DNA of 64,000 nt from a virus: UHGV virus genome UHGV-0326727, one strand, 5' to 3'. The notes beneath the pieces were generated by a model that was given only the letters and a program-made list of their open reading frames with translations, searched no databases and had not been told where the DNA came from. Each line of letters opens with the position of its first letter. The stretch's first letter is position 1. Shown piece after piece: positions 47,286-57,285 of the stretch. Both the position numbers and the translations under genes were made by a program.

Positions 47286-48810
47286 GTCTTATCAAATCCC
47301 TATGCAATCCTTTCCCTTTCCTTTCCAGAATCTATCCCATACCTTAAAAGCAATAACTCTATAGCTTACTCTATAGCCCCTTATCAAATCAACTTAAATA
47401 TAAGCCCATAACCCGAAAGGGAAGGGCAACCATTTAAACGCTCTATAAAGCCCTATAACAGCCTTATCAACCTAACTTAAGGGATTGCATTACCTCACCC
47501 TTAAAAGCCCTTTATAAAGCTTCCCAGAGCCTTAAAAGAATCTTATAAGGGTGTAAGCTTTATTATCTCGTTAGCTATCTTGTGAATGGTTAAACAACCC
47601 CTTGATAGTCACTAAAAAGTATGTTATAGGGGCTATAAAGTTACTTCAAAGTTACGTAAATGCTAGCCCCCTTAACATTTTCTTAACAATTTCTTAACAA
47701 TCCCTACATAGTTATGCTTTTAAGGCACTTGTTAGCAACTTGTTAGCCCCTTGTTAAATCTCTGTTAATACCTCGTAAAAGCCTTGTAAGAGCCTTTGGC
47801 ATAGCCTTTAAAGCTTCTGTAAAGCCTTATAAAGAGCTTTCTACATAGTTGGGGTGTAATTACTAGAAAGAGATTAAAAAGAGCTTATAAGGGGCTATAA
47901 AGGGCTTTTAAGAGGGCTATTTAAAGAGTCACTAAGAAGGAAAGGGAACGATAAGAAAGAGATAGTGACCATGTTAATAGCTTGTTAAAAAGATTAGACA
48001 CTTGTTAGGAACTTGTTAATTATCTTAACAAAATAACTCTTTAAAATTAACTTGTTAGCTCTTGTTAGTCATCTGTTAAGCCTCTGTAAAGACTATGTAT
48101 CAACTGTTAAGAAACTGTTAAGCTCTTGTTAGTTCTGTTAAGGAACTGTTAAGACCTCTGAAGAGATGTTAAGAAGATGTAGCAACTGTTAAGGGATTGT
48201 TAATGATATTTTAAAATTCTGCAAAGGGGATGTTACAGAGATGTTAAGGGCTACCAAGCAGATATACATCTTCTACAGATATTTTTCAGTTCCTTCAAAG
48301 ACCCTAAAAAATGACTTGATAGTCCTATTTTATAAAAATTTTAAAATTCTGAATAATTACCTATACAGTCTTTTAAAAATACAGGCATAAACAGGCTTAT
48401 AAGATACCTTGTTAGTACCGTGTTAGACCTTGTGAGATAAGGTCTGTAAAGATATTCCTGTTAAGTTTGTTAAAACAGCCTATATAGAGGCTTAGTAATA
48501 CCTAGTGAACACCTATAGAGGGTAACATAGCTAACCTAGAGATTAAGAGGTGTATAGGGGCTTCTAAGAGGGTGTAGAGTGATGGTTAAGGTGATTGTAT
48601 AGGTTGTTAAGAAGGCTTGTTAGAAGAGTGTTTAGAAGGGCTATACAGAGGGGCTATTAAGACCACTAGATAGATACTAAGATACTATATAGTACTATAT
48701 AACTATATATATAGAGAGTAAGCTTAAGAAGGTTGTTAAGAAGGTTAGATATTTTATTCACATATGATGGTGACCCATAGGTTGGGACAACCGATAAAAT
48801 TTTATAAAAA
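47286..48810. repeat. 1.5-kb ORF-free island of degenerate 9-11 bp periodic repeats
   Basis: No ORF of 60 aa or more on either strand; repeat families ccTTATAAag/cTATAAAG (about 47400-47900), CTTGTTAG/CTGTTAAG in both orientations (47680-48200, e.g. caactgttaag aaactgttaag ctcttgttag ttctgttaag gaactgttaag), and a TATATA-rich tract near 48650-48720. Confidence 0.75.
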
Positions 48811-48811
48811 T

Positions 48812-48836
48812 TAAAAAGCCCCCAATTAAGGAGGCT
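48812..48836 (-). terminator. rho-independent terminator for the minus-strand block
   Basis: Reverse complement reads agcctccttaattgggggct + TTTTT, the same hairpin as at 12154-12177. Confidence 0.6.
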
Positions 48837-48847
48837 CTTAAGATATT

Positions 48848-49441
48848 TTAAATCAATGTTTCCAGAACTGTCTTCAGTGATGACTTGGTTGTCTGATAAA
48901 AATGAGTGAATCCATTGTTGTTATCGAATACTTGCATCATGATGTCATCTCCCTTGATTGGGTACACTCGGATATCATAGTGAAAACCATTAAAGACACA
49001 AGAACCACTACAGAATGCTCTAAAGTCATCCACTGAGATATACTCTTCATGTCCTGTGATTTTTATACAAACACCTTTACTCGGTCTCTTAGGGTTGATA
49101 TCTTCCATCACAGACATGCTCTGTCCACCAAGAGAGACCATAGTGACCACTTTACGGTTCTTCTGTCTAAAGTACATCTTAACTTTCTGCAAAGTGTCTT
49201 CATAGAACGGATAAGACCTTTCTACAAAGATTCCTTCAAGTGGCTCTTTACCATTTTCAACTTCTCTGTTATGCCGTACTGCAAAGATAATTTGTTGGAA
49301 CCAGTCAAAATTTTCTTCAGATAGTGCTTCCCGAACATCAGCCCAATCAAGGACTAGGTAGTTGCCTTCAACATCTTTTAAGTTATCTTTTTCCATATCT
49401 ATCACACCATTATCGTAAAACTTGGTAATCTGGTACTGCAA
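48848..49441 (-). CDS. hypothetical protein
   Basis: 197 aa ORF, last gene of minus-strand block. Confidence 0.4.
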   Translation of the reverse strand: MQYQITKFYDNGVIDMEKDNLKDVEGNYLVLDWADVREALSEENFDWFQQIIFAVRHNREVENGKEPLEGIFVERSYPFYEDTLQKVKMYFRQKNRKVVTMVSLGGQSMSVMEDINPKRPSKGVCIKITGHEEYISVDDFRAFCSGSCVFNGFHYDIRVYPIKGDDIMMQVFDNNNGFTHFYQTTKSSLKTVLETLI

Positions 49442-49874
49442 ACTTGTTGTTGTTGTTCTTAATGAGGTCTTCTTCTGTTACTAAGAATGTAAGCCCACAT
49501 AAGTGTGTGTAGTGGCTATCATACTCAAATATCTTAAGTAAGTATTTACCATCATGGTAAACAAATTCTACTACACCTTTTGCAACAATCTTTCCAGTCT
49601 TGAAGTCTTTAAGGCGGTATACATTACCAACTTTAGGAACTGTTTTCATCTCAGGTTCTTTTAGCTTCTCACCAACTTCTACATCACCCAGTAAGTGAGA
49701 ACTTTCAAACGCTACATGTTGCATATAAGCTTCTGAGCATTCCCAGATAAAACAATGTACAAGAACCTTAGCAGCATGTCTTGAACAATTCAACTTATCA
49801 CAAATCTCTTTGTACATTTCATCTTTAGTTGAGTTGTCAAGCATTGCTTTTTGGACTACTTCTTTAATTTTCAT
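49410..49874 (-). CDS. hypothetical protein
   Basis: 154 aa ORF. Confidence 0.4.
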   Translation of the reverse strand: MKIKEVVQKAMLDNSTKDEMYKEICDKLNCSRHAAKVLVHCFIWECSEAYMQHVAFESSHLLGDVEVGEKLKEPEMKTVPKVGNVYRLKDFKTGKIVAKGVVEFVYHDGKYLLKIFEYDSHYTHLCGLTFLVTEEDLIKNNNNKFAVPDYQVLR

Positions 49875-49927
49875 TTCGCTACCTTCTAAGTTTCTACAAA
49901 GGGGCTATCAAGTAACCCCTCAAGTTA

Positions 49928-50152
49928 CTACTCAGACTTTTCAGCCTTCTTGTCGGATTTCTTACTAGCCTTCTTCTCAGCTTTCTGCTCAGGTTCCTTC
50001 TCAGAAGTTGCCTTGATAACCATATCAAGAAGCTCTGATAAGTCACTCTTCAGCAGAGTAACAGGCTGCTCATTGTAGAAGTTTTTATCAAGATAGACTT
50101 TGAACTCTTCAATAGATGGAAATCCAAAAATTGGTACAGGTGTCTTAATCAT
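49928..50152 (-). CDS. small protein with Lys-rich C-terminal tail
   Basis: 74 aa; C-terminus EQKAEKKASKKSDKKAEKSE. Confidence 0.35.
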   Translation of the reverse strand: MIKTPVPIFGFPSIEEFKVYLDKNFYNEQPVTLLKSDLSELLDMVIKATSEKEPEQKAEKKASKKSDKKAEKSE

Positions 50153-50228
50153 TACTTAGTTTCTCCATAAGCATCTTTCAAGATTGCCTTGTTAATCATC
50201 TCAGCGATTGCAAAACGAACATATACAG

Positions 50229-50762
50229 CTATAATTGTAGGTTGCATTCTTTACTTACCTCTTCAAGTTTAACCTCAGAGTCCTTAAGTCGTTTCTTATG
50301 AACTCTAAACCTCATTAGTGAGATGATGATACCAACTAAAGGGACAGCATACAAGTACCAAACATCATATACCTTTGCAGTAATCTGTGTAATGGTCAAA
50401 TCTTGAGCTATAGAACTGATTGCTGATACTGCCAGTAATGTTGCTAAGAAAAATGCCAGTACCATTACTGTACTTAAACAACCTCTGGCATGGTGTTCAT
50501 GCTTAATGCACTTATTCTTTTCGTCAACAACCCTGTTGTAGTCGTTTGTAAAGTCTCTGTAGAAAGCTTTCAAGTATTCTTTATTGTAGCCTTCAAAGCA
50601 ACCTGTACCGTACCAATAATCACCACCAAAATGTGCTATGATACCAGTATCTCCGTTTGGTTTAGTTACTCTCAAAGATGTGTGATGACGAGTGTCTTGA
50701 TAGTCTATTTTGTATCTTTCTTCGTAAATCATTTTCCAATCCCTCTCAATCGTTTGTTCCAC
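50229..50762 (-). CDS. membrane protein
   Basis: 177 aa; two hydrophobic segments (LSTVMVLAFFLATLLAVSAISSIA, YLYAVPLVGIIISLM). Confidence 0.4.
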   Translation of the reverse strand: MEQTIERDWKMIYEERYKIDYQDTRHHTSLRVTKPNGDTGIIAHFGGDYWYGTGCFEGYNKEYLKAFYRDFTNDYNRVVDEKNKCIKHEHHARGCLSTVMVLAFFLATLLAVSAISSIAQDLTITQITAKVYDVWYLYAVPLVGIIISLMRFRVHKKRLKDSEVKLEEVSKECNLQL

Positions 50763-50947
50763 TCAAGGTCAACAAGTCTTTGTAGGACTTTACCTCTAGG
50801 TGTTACACCTTTTAAGTCTGCATCGTAACAATGGTAAAAATCACCTTCAGCGTGTCTACCATAGCATTTTCTGATGTTCTGACTTCTGCGATATTGTTCT
50901 AATAATGATACCTTATAGTAATCTTCAACTGTAGTTAACTTTTTCAT
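50729..50947 (-). CDS. hypothetical small protein
   Basis: 72 aa ORF. Confidence 0.3.
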   Translation of the reverse strand: MKKLTTVEDYYKVSLLEQYRRSQNIRKCYGRHAEGDFYHCYDADLKGVTPRGKVLQRLVDLEWNKRLRGIGK

Positions 50948-51489
50948 TCTTTCACCATAGCATTTCTGAACTGACGTTGAGTTTCTCTTGTAATTTCGTC
51001 TGGAGTAAACCCTGCTTTCAGCATATCTCTGAAAAGAACTTCTAAGTGATTCTTTTCAATAATGTAAATTGCATTCTGCACAGATGTTTTAAGTTCCTTC
51101 AGGTCACTGCTAATTTCTTCGCACTTGTTGACAATCTCTGTATCAACTTTCTTAAAGACTGGCATGGTATATCTACGACCACCATTAGCAGCATCCATGA
51201 AAAATTTAAAAGATTCCTCAGAGTCCTTTAAAGCAATCCCGATAAAGTCCTTGTAAGCACCTGTGAAAGCTAAAGACTCAATCTCAGCAGTTGAGTAAAC
51301 AGTTCCTGCACACAGTCTTGCAGAGGTACTAAATGTGTAGCTTTGTGTTATGTCAAAGTCTAAGTTCTTCAGTGGTCGAAAATAAACTGTGCCAGTATGT
51401 GAGACATGTGTTACAACAGCCTCCACACTCTTTGAAGGGTTCTGTTTAACATACAGAATAATTTTATCGTGTTCTTTCACTTTAGGCAT
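50944..51489 (-). CDS. hypothetical protein
   Basis: 181 aa ORF. Confidence 0.4.
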   Translation of the reverse strand: MPKVKEHDKIILYVKQNPSKSVEAVVTHVSHTGTVYFRPLKNLDFDITQSYTFSTSARLCAGTVYSTAEIESLAFTGAYKDFIGIALKDSEESFKFFMDAANGGRRYTMPVFKKVDTEIVNKCEEISSDLKELKTSVQNAIYIIEKNHLEVLFRDMLKAGFTPDEITRETQRQFRNAMVKE

Positions 51490-51561
51490 ATCTATTCTCC
51501 AGAAACTAAAAAGGGAACTACCTCTCGATAGCTCCCATCATAGTTAATGTTGTATACTTGG

Positions 51562-52143
51562 TCAAGAGTATTTTTTAGGCAGTAATGCGCTACGCTTGTT
51601 ACTCTCTTCACTCAATAGTGCGATAAACTCATCACTTTTCCCTTTCCACGGGCTGAATGTAGGGATGTGCTCTCTGATAGCCTCAATCACTGTTTTCAGG
51701 GCGTTGTTCTTTAACCACCAATCAGACACTGCCGAAGCTACAATATAGTAAGCACCGTCATCTGTGAAGATTGGCTCAGAGATACATGGTGAAATCATAG
51801 TGGTAATGATAGAGCCATTATTCATGTAGTATGTTCTTTTTTCAACCTTGTCAAGAAGTTTATGAAGGTCTGCAAAGAGACTTACCACCTCTTTATGGTC
51901 AATATCCTTTTCAAGATTTGCCCTGTATTTCAATAGTGCAGCATCAACCTCTTTATCATTGAATTTGAAGTATTGGACTTCTTCATTCACACATACACTG
52001 ATATTGTTGGTGTTTATCGTCAATTTGCACAGTTTGACTGGAGAGTTGATGTTGGTCTGGAAAAGTGCTACACAGCCTTCTACATTCCCGAAATGTTTGA
52101 CTAGTGTAACTTCTGGTTGAATGTGCTCATGTTCTTCGGACAT
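51562..52143 (-). CDS. hypothetical protein
   Basis: 193 aa ORF. Confidence 0.4.
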   Translation of the reverse strand: MSEEHEHIQPEVTLVKHFGNVEGCVALFQTNINSPVKLCKLTINTNNISVCVNEEVQYFKFNDKEVDAALLKYRANLEKDIDHKEVVSLFADLHKLLDKVEKRTYYMNNGSIITTMISPCISEPIFTDDGAYYIVASAVSDWWLKNNALKTVIEAIREHIPTFSPWKGKSDEFIALLSEESNKRSALLPKKYS

Positions 52144-52487
52144 TACAGTTTCCTCATTAAATACTTTTTAAGTTGTGTGTTAGGTTTCTCAAAAACTTCT
52201 ATAGAAGATATCTTGACAGACTCACCACGCATACCAGTGTGTTTGAAAATATAGTATTCTAACATACCTATGTATTTTGCTGGTAAGTCATACTTGACGT
52301 ACACTGTTACAGAATCTTCAAATTCAACAACCTTTGTACCATCTTTGTAGTTAAACTCTTTAGGATGGTTGTAATTGTCGATGTCGTACATTAAAAAGAG
52401 TCTTTTACGCTGCATATCTAGCTTATTTGTCAAAGACTCTTTGATATCTGAAAAGTTTTTATAGACTGTGACATGGAGCTTACTCAT
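52143..52487 (-). CDS. hypothetical protein
   Basis: 114 aa ORF. Confidence 0.35.
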   Translation of the reverse strand: MSKLHVTVYKNFSDIKESLTNKLDMQRKRLFLMYDIDNYNHPKEFNYKDGTKVVEFEDSVTVYVKYDLPAKYIGMLEYYIFKHTGMRGESVKISSIEVFEKPNTQLKKYLMRKL

Positions 52488-52773
52488 CGTTAAACTCTCT
52501 GACGAAGAAATAGTTGACTTTGTTATTACCTACCATAAGGTCAAAGCAGGTGTTCTCAAAAGGTTTGTTGTAGGCATCATATGAAGTGTACGTATCAGCT
52601 ACTTGTTTAGTGTTGAGCTTTTTACTTGATGGATTTAAGAGGCCACCATACAGTTTCTTGATAGCCTCTTCTACAACAGACCAGATGATTTCGTCAGTAA
52701 TTTCTTCGTACAGGTCAAGTTCACGCTCTAGTGAGAAGTCACAAATAGGGAAAATAACCTGTACTTTACTCAT
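52480..52773 (-). CDS. hypothetical protein
   Basis: 97 aa ORF. Confidence 0.35.
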   Translation of the reverse strand: MSKVQVIFPICDFSLERELDLYEEITDEIIWSVVEEAIKKLYGGLLNPSSKKLNTKQVADTYTSYDAYNKPFENTCFDLMVGNNKVNYFFVREFNDE

Positions 52774-53168
52774 TAACGGATAACCTGTGTGACTTGAATT
52801 GCTTCAGTTACGGACAATTCACCTACTTTCTCTTCTTTGATAAAAGTGAAGGTGAGTTCAACAGGTTCTTCCTCTTCTTGCTCAACTGGAATGCCGTTAA
52901 GCTCATCAAAGATTGATTGAGTTGTCCAGTCTTCTCCACCATCTGGGTAGTGGATTGCGTAAAGTGGAAACTCTAAATTATACCAAGCAAAAACAGGGCA
53001 ACCATCTGCATCATCTCGACATCTGTGGAGATATGTGTTTGTTCCTTCAAAATGCAAATGGAGATTACCATTCTTCTCAAAGAGAATAGCATCTTGCAGG
53101 TCTAGTTCCTCATTTTCGCTGTAACGGCTGACATCAACTTTAACGTGAATATGACTGTTATTATTCAT
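52773..53168 (-). CDS. hypothetical protein
   Basis: 131 aa ORF. Confidence 0.35.
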   Translation of the reverse strand: MNNNSHIHVKVDVSRYSENEELDLQDAILFEKNGNLHLHFEGTNTYLHRCRDDADGCPVFAWYNLEFPLYAIHYPDGGEDWTTQSIFDELNGIPVEQEEEEPVELTFTFIKEEKVGELSVTEAIQVTQVIR

Positions 53169-53559
53169 AAAAACCTCTCTCTGCTTGTTCGATTTTTGCT
53201 CTTAAAATTTCACAATGTTGTAAATGGTAGTTAGCTTCTTGTTCATGTGTTGCTAACTGCCTTTCAAGAACAGTTTTATAATAACCTGCAAGTTGCTCTT
53301 TTGTCAACGGGTGTTCTGAAATAATATCAAGTCCACTTTCGCCAAGAGGGTTGAATTGTCCATACTCATTGACATTGTAAGTCTCAAACTTGAACAGGCC
53401 ATTGTTCACAGACTCAATAGGTGACAGTTCAACAAGCTCTACAGTAAACCGTGTATACACCTTGTCGCCTCTTGAAACCACATTGTTTCCGACAATGCGT
53501 ACAAGCGAACCATTACGAGTGTACTTAAAAGTCCCAAAGTCACTAGCCCAAAGCTTCAT
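53161..53559 (-). CDS. hypothetical protein
   Basis: 132 aa ORF. Confidence 0.35.
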   Translation of the reverse strand: MKLWASDFGTFKYTRNGSLVRIVGNNVVSRGDKVYTRFTVELVELSPIESVNNGLFKFETYNVNEYGQFNPLGESGLDIISEHPLTKEQLAGYYKTVLERQLATHEQEANYHLQHCEILRAKIEQAERGFYE

Positions 53560-53572
53560 AGTTTTCTCCTTA

Positions 53573-53600
53573 GAAAATAAAAAGGCTCCCGAAGGAGCCT
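53573..53600 (-). terminator. rho-independent terminator (minus strand)
   Basis: Reverse complement ggctccttcgggagcc hairpin followed by TTTTTATTTT, just past the endolysin stop. Confidence 0.5.
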
Positions 53601-53609
53601 ATGAAGATA

Positions 53610-54074
53610 TTACTTTGGGTATACGCTGTCAAGATAAATGTCAGCTTCCATTCTACGTCTGTTTTTAAGACCATTTGAAGTGACCTTCTTACCTTTGACT
53701 GTAACCTTGTTCCACCACTGCATAGCTTCTGCACAACCTACCTTGTTACCATCATTGTGGCGCTTGATAAATGTAGAATCCTGCATAGCTGTGATACCGA
53801 TGTTGTATGTTTCACTTACAAGTGCATCGAACTCATTCTGAGAAGTTGGAGCTTTGATAGCTTTATTCACTGCTGCAACAAACTTCTCAACATCTGCGAG
53901 AAGATAATGTTCAGCTTGTTCAGCAGTAATTTTCATACCCATCTTAACAGGTTTTCCGTCAATACGGATTGTACCATAACCGATTGTTGGGAGTCCGGCA
54001 GAGTCTTCGTAAGCCTCTAACTTCAGACCTTCAAAGAACTTAATAGCCTCTAAACCTTTTCTTGAGAGTTGCAT
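53610..54074 (-). CDS. endolysin, GH24 lysozyme family
   Basis: 154 aa; FEGLKLEAYEDSAGLPTIGYGT matches the T4-lysozyme-type catalytic region (E...D...T, TIGYG). Confidence 0.8.
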   Translation of the reverse strand: MQLSRKGLEAIKFFEGLKLEAYEDSAGLPTIGYGTIRIDGKPVKMGMKITAEQAEHYLLADVEKFVAAVNKAIKAPTSQNEFDALVSETYNIGITAMQDSTFIKRHNDGNKVGCAEAMQWWNKVTVKGKKVTSNGLKNRRRMEADIYLDSVYPK

Positions 54075-55207
54075 TATGCCTCCCCTGCTGGGTTAACTGT
54101 AACTGTTGCCACATTAGATGTTACAGAGCCACCTGCACCAGTAACTACACAAGTGTAGCTTCCTGCATCAGCAGCAGTTGCACCTTCTTTGGTGTAAGTT
54201 GCAGCAGTTGCGTCTGGGATGACTTCCTCACCTTTCTTCCACTGATAACCTGTTGCACCAGTTGCCACAACATTCAGCGTTAATGTCTCACCTTCAGTGA
54301 TTTCTTGATTGGCTGGTTGTTGAGTGATAACTGGCAAAGCATTTACCGTGATAGTTGCAGGGTTAGAAGTAACAGAACCCCCAGCACCAGTCACAACACA
54401 TGTGTAAGAACCTGCATCTGCTGGAAGCGCACCAGATTTACTGTAGTTAGCCTTCGTAGCTGAAGGGATGTTAGAACCATCTTTCTTCCATTGGTAACCA
54501 GTTGCACCTGTTGCAGTCACTGCTAAGTTGATGTTCCCACCTTCATTGATGGTCTGGCTAGAAGGTTGTTTGGTAATCACTGGTAAGGCGTTCACAGTAA
54601 CTGTTGCTGCATCTGAGGTGACACTTGTCCCGCCCTCTCCAGATACAACGCAAGTGTATGAACCAGCATCAGAAGGCGCTACAGATTGTTTTGTATAGGT
54701 TGCAGATGTGGCACTGGAGATATTCTCACCATCCTTCTTCCATTGATACCCAGTGGCATTAGTTGCGAGAACGCTTAGGGTAAGTGCTCCACCTTCATTG
54801 ACTGTTTGGTTTGTTGGTTGCTGAGTAATTACTGGTGGCTTAATGGCATCCTTCAACTTAGCATTCAACATTGAGAACGGCTTAACTCTTGCCAACCATT
54901 CACAATACACTGTGTCAACGTCTTTACCATTGATAATTGCATATTGTAAATCCATGAAGAAGTCAGAAGTTCTCATTTGAGCACCGACGCTGTAAAGCAA
55001 ATCATCACTAAAAGGAACTTTGTAGTCTGGTTTGTAGTCAAACTTCTCAACTTCTGCGATATCAGCTTCAGGCCAATATGAGCTATATGTTAGTGGTAAA
55101 ATAGCCTCTTGATATGTTCTAAAATCATATCTCTTACCAGCTTTTACATTTGCGATGAAGCCCTTCACAAATTCTTTGAAGTCTGGGTAAGTCTTTGCTT
55201 TAATCAT
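54074..55207 (-). CDS. protein with N-terminal domain plus three tandem Ig-like repeats
   Basis: Three repeats of about 85 aa each with ATGYQWKKDG...AGSYTCVV...VTVNALPVIT pattern; N-terminal about 110 aa paralogous to 55204-55575. Confidence 0.5.
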   Translation of the reverse strand: MIKAKTYPDFKEFVKGFIANVKAGKRYDFRTYQEAILPLTYSSYWPEADIAEVEKFDYKPDYKVPFSDDLLYSVGAQMRTSDFFMDLQYAIINGKDVDTVYCEWLARVKPFSMLNAKLKDAIKPPVITQQPTNQTVNEGGALTLSVLATNATGYQWKKDGENISSATSATYTKQSVAPSDAGSYTCVVSGEGGTSVTSDAATVTVNALPVITKQPSSQTINEGGNINLAVTATGATGYQWKKDGSNIPSATKANYSKSGALPADAGSYTCVVTGAGGSVTSNPATITVNALPVITQQPANQEITEGETLTLNVVATGATGYQWKKGEEVIPDATAATYTKEGATAADAGSYTCVVTGAGGSVTSNVATVTVNPAGEA

Positions 55208-55575
55208 TTCTTTTTAGCCTCTAAACGTGCGTTTAATCTAAAATAGCCTTTATGTTGTGGAGACACATCACCAACAACGATACCTTCAACTTTATAACCT
55301 TTACCGATTACATACTGGATATCCATAAGAAATGTACCAAGTCCTACAATGTGGAACATTGGATATAATAACTTATCTGAATCTGGGAGATTAATATCTG
55401 GGTTGTAGGTAGGTTGTTTACTAGTAGGTGTAATATCTTCTTCAGGCCATTTACTTAGTCTCCATGTCAAAGGTGTTGGGATAACATCATTAAGATTGTA
55501 CCTCCCACCATTCTCCACGGAATGGATATAGGATTGTAGGAAGCAATAAAAGTCTTTTGCACTCTTAGCTTTCAT
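55204..55575 (-). CDS. hypothetical protein, paralog of the N-terminal domain of 54074-55207
   Basis: Shared features MKAK..DF..F, LLY, FMD(L/I)QY(A/V)I..GK, LNA(K/R)L. Confidence 0.45.
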   Translation of the reverse strand: MKAKSAKDFYCFLQSYIHSVENGGRYNLNDVIPTPLTWRLSKWPEEDITPTSKQPTYNPDINLPDSDKLLYPMFHIVGLGTFLMDIQYVIGKGYKVEGIVVGDVSPQHKGYFRLNARLEAKKK

Positions 55576-55622
55576 TAAATATCCTTATAAATAGATAAAG
55601 GGGCATTAGCCCCTGTTTACAC

Positions 55623-56213
55623 TTAAGCTTTGGTCTTAAGTAGGTTCTTAAGTTTTTTGAGATTCATGCTCTCGTCAAACTTAAAACCAAATCCATTGAC
55701 ATAATCAATGAACTCGGATTTCTTACTAAGTGATAGCGCGTAACTCATATCAAAGTTATTACTTGTTTCTGCGTCTGGACTAGAGTTCACATCAAATGAA
55801 ATTTCTGTAGGCTCTTGCTTGCTACTTCTCATATTATCAATTAATAGGCATGTATAGTTCGCTGGATAGAAGTTTGCACTGCCATCAACATACCCATACT
55901 TATTGTTGTGAATAAGGTTTGAAAATACCTTAAGAAATGTTTCTGAGTCGTGGCATACAAGTTTGAATTGGCTGCATTCTCCAAGAGCCACTAAAGAATA
56001 AGGGCTTTCACTATCAATGTCGTAGTTTGGATTTGATGTTGTAACCGTCACACGCATCAAGTTATTAGCAATAGTCTTCTGCTTGAAAGAATTTGGGACA
56101 TAGTGAAGACCTCTATCACACTGATTAACTAACTCTTTAAGTAGGTCGTTTGCATATGGTGAATTAATTGATACAGAGCCATCACTATTATAGTTAAAAC
56201 TTACTGTTAACAT
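55623..56213 (-). CDS. hypothetical protein
   Basis: 196 aa ORF. Confidence 0.4.
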   Translation of the reverse strand: MLTVSFNYNSDGSVSINSPYANDLLKELVNQCDRGLHYVPNSFKQKTIANNLMRVTVTTSNPNYDIDSESPYSLVALGECSQFKLVCHDSETFLKVFSNLIHNNKYGYVDGSANFYPANYTCLLIDNMRSSKQEPTEISFDVNSSPDAETSNNFDMSYALSLSKKSEFIDYVNGFGFKFDESMNLKKLKNLLKTKA

Positions 56214-56440
56214 TTTTCAGTTCTCCTGCGATTTATGATTTTGCTGCAATAGAGAAACGAAGTAAACTCACTGGAAGAAACCATTAAGTGTTGTTCACTA
56301 GATTGAGCCATTGCCCTGAAATACATTCCAGTCAAAGCATCGTAGTGACTATTCTTTCCAATTGAGGTTATATAGCCATGACTCTTTGCAGTTTGATATA
56401 AATCTATAATATCTGCGATTTCTAATTGGGAACTACACAT
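56207..56440 (-). CDS. hypothetical small protein
   Basis: 77 aa ORF. Confidence 0.3.
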   Translation of the reverse strand: MCSSQLEIADIIDLYQTAKSHGYITSIGKNSHYDALTGMYFRAMAQSSEQHLMVSSSEFTSFLYCSKIINRRRTEKC

Positions 56441-56604
56441 AGATAATCCTCTTGCCTTCTGTAATTTTGAAAGAACAGGTACAGACCAATTTCAGAGGAT
56501 GAATAGTAGAGTAACTCTACCCTTTTTGATTCCTTACAGTGATTGGTATTTTTACCTTTCTTCGGGTTATTTGATTTTCTCATTAAGTCTCCTTTGTAGA
56601 ACAA
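56422..56604 (-). CDS. hypothetical small protein
   Basis: 60 aa ORF, first gene of minus-strand block. Confidence 0.25.
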   Translation of the reverse strand: MFYKGDLMRKSNNPKKGKNTNHCKESKRVELLYYSSSEIGLYLFFQNYRRQEDYLCVVPN

Positions 56605-56832
56605 GGCAGACCTACAGCTTTAAGTAAGATGGTACAGTAATCCATACAACAAGTCAAGAACTATTGCAAGTTAAAAAAGTTGTTGACAAAGTACTTGACA
56701 AGGTGTAGGCTTATAAATACTTAGAAGATAACTTAAAAGGTTCCTCTAAAAAGGCTATTTAAACAGATATCTTTCTGGATATCTATCTTTTATCTTAAAA
56801 GCCTTTTAAGAGGTCTTATAAGAGGCATACCA

Positions 56833-57204
56833 ATGAAAAACAGAACAAACAAAGGCCAGTTTAAAAAAGGCCAGTCTGGAAACCCATCTGGAAGACCAAA
56901 AGGCTCTCGTAACAAAAGTTCACTTGTAAAAGCTCAACTGACCATTGATAATTCTGCTGAGTTTGCTGCAAAGTTGTTTGAAGCGATTGTTACAAGGGAC
57001 GCTGCTAAGCTTGCAGAGTTCGGGTTAAACACAGATGACGTAACCATCAAGAGCATGATTGAGGTCGGTAAAACTATCTTTACTCACTCAGCAGGTGAGA
57101 TGAAAGCGCTTGCAGCAGACACTAAGAAGACTTCTGATAATGGTGGTCAGTCACAGACAGATAACAAACCGACGTTCTCTGCTGTAGCGACTCTCAAAAA
57201 ATAA
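56833..57204 (+). CDS. hypothetical protein with KKGQSGNPSGRPKG motif
   Basis: 123 aa; N-terminal basic Gly/Pro-rich motif, possibly nucleic-acid binding. Confidence 0.35.
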   Translation: MKNRTNKGQFKKGQSGNPSGRPKGSRNKSSLVKAQLTIDNSAEFAAKLFEAIVTRDAAKLAEFGLNTDDVTIKSMIEVGKTIFTHSAGEMKALAADTKKTSDNGGQSQTDNKPTFSAVATLKK

Positions 57205-57285
57205 TTTTAAAAGGTGTTGACAGACTCTGCAAAGTTGCTCTAAAGTCTGTCACATCAAACAACAAATGAGAGAAGAGAGTAAAAT

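Noticed and set aside
47286-48810. Possible CRISPR array in the repeat-dense ORF-free island
   Set aside because: Repeats are 9-11 bp, degenerate, in both orientations and directly abutting; there are no 25-40 bp uniform repeats separated by unique spacers and no cas genes.
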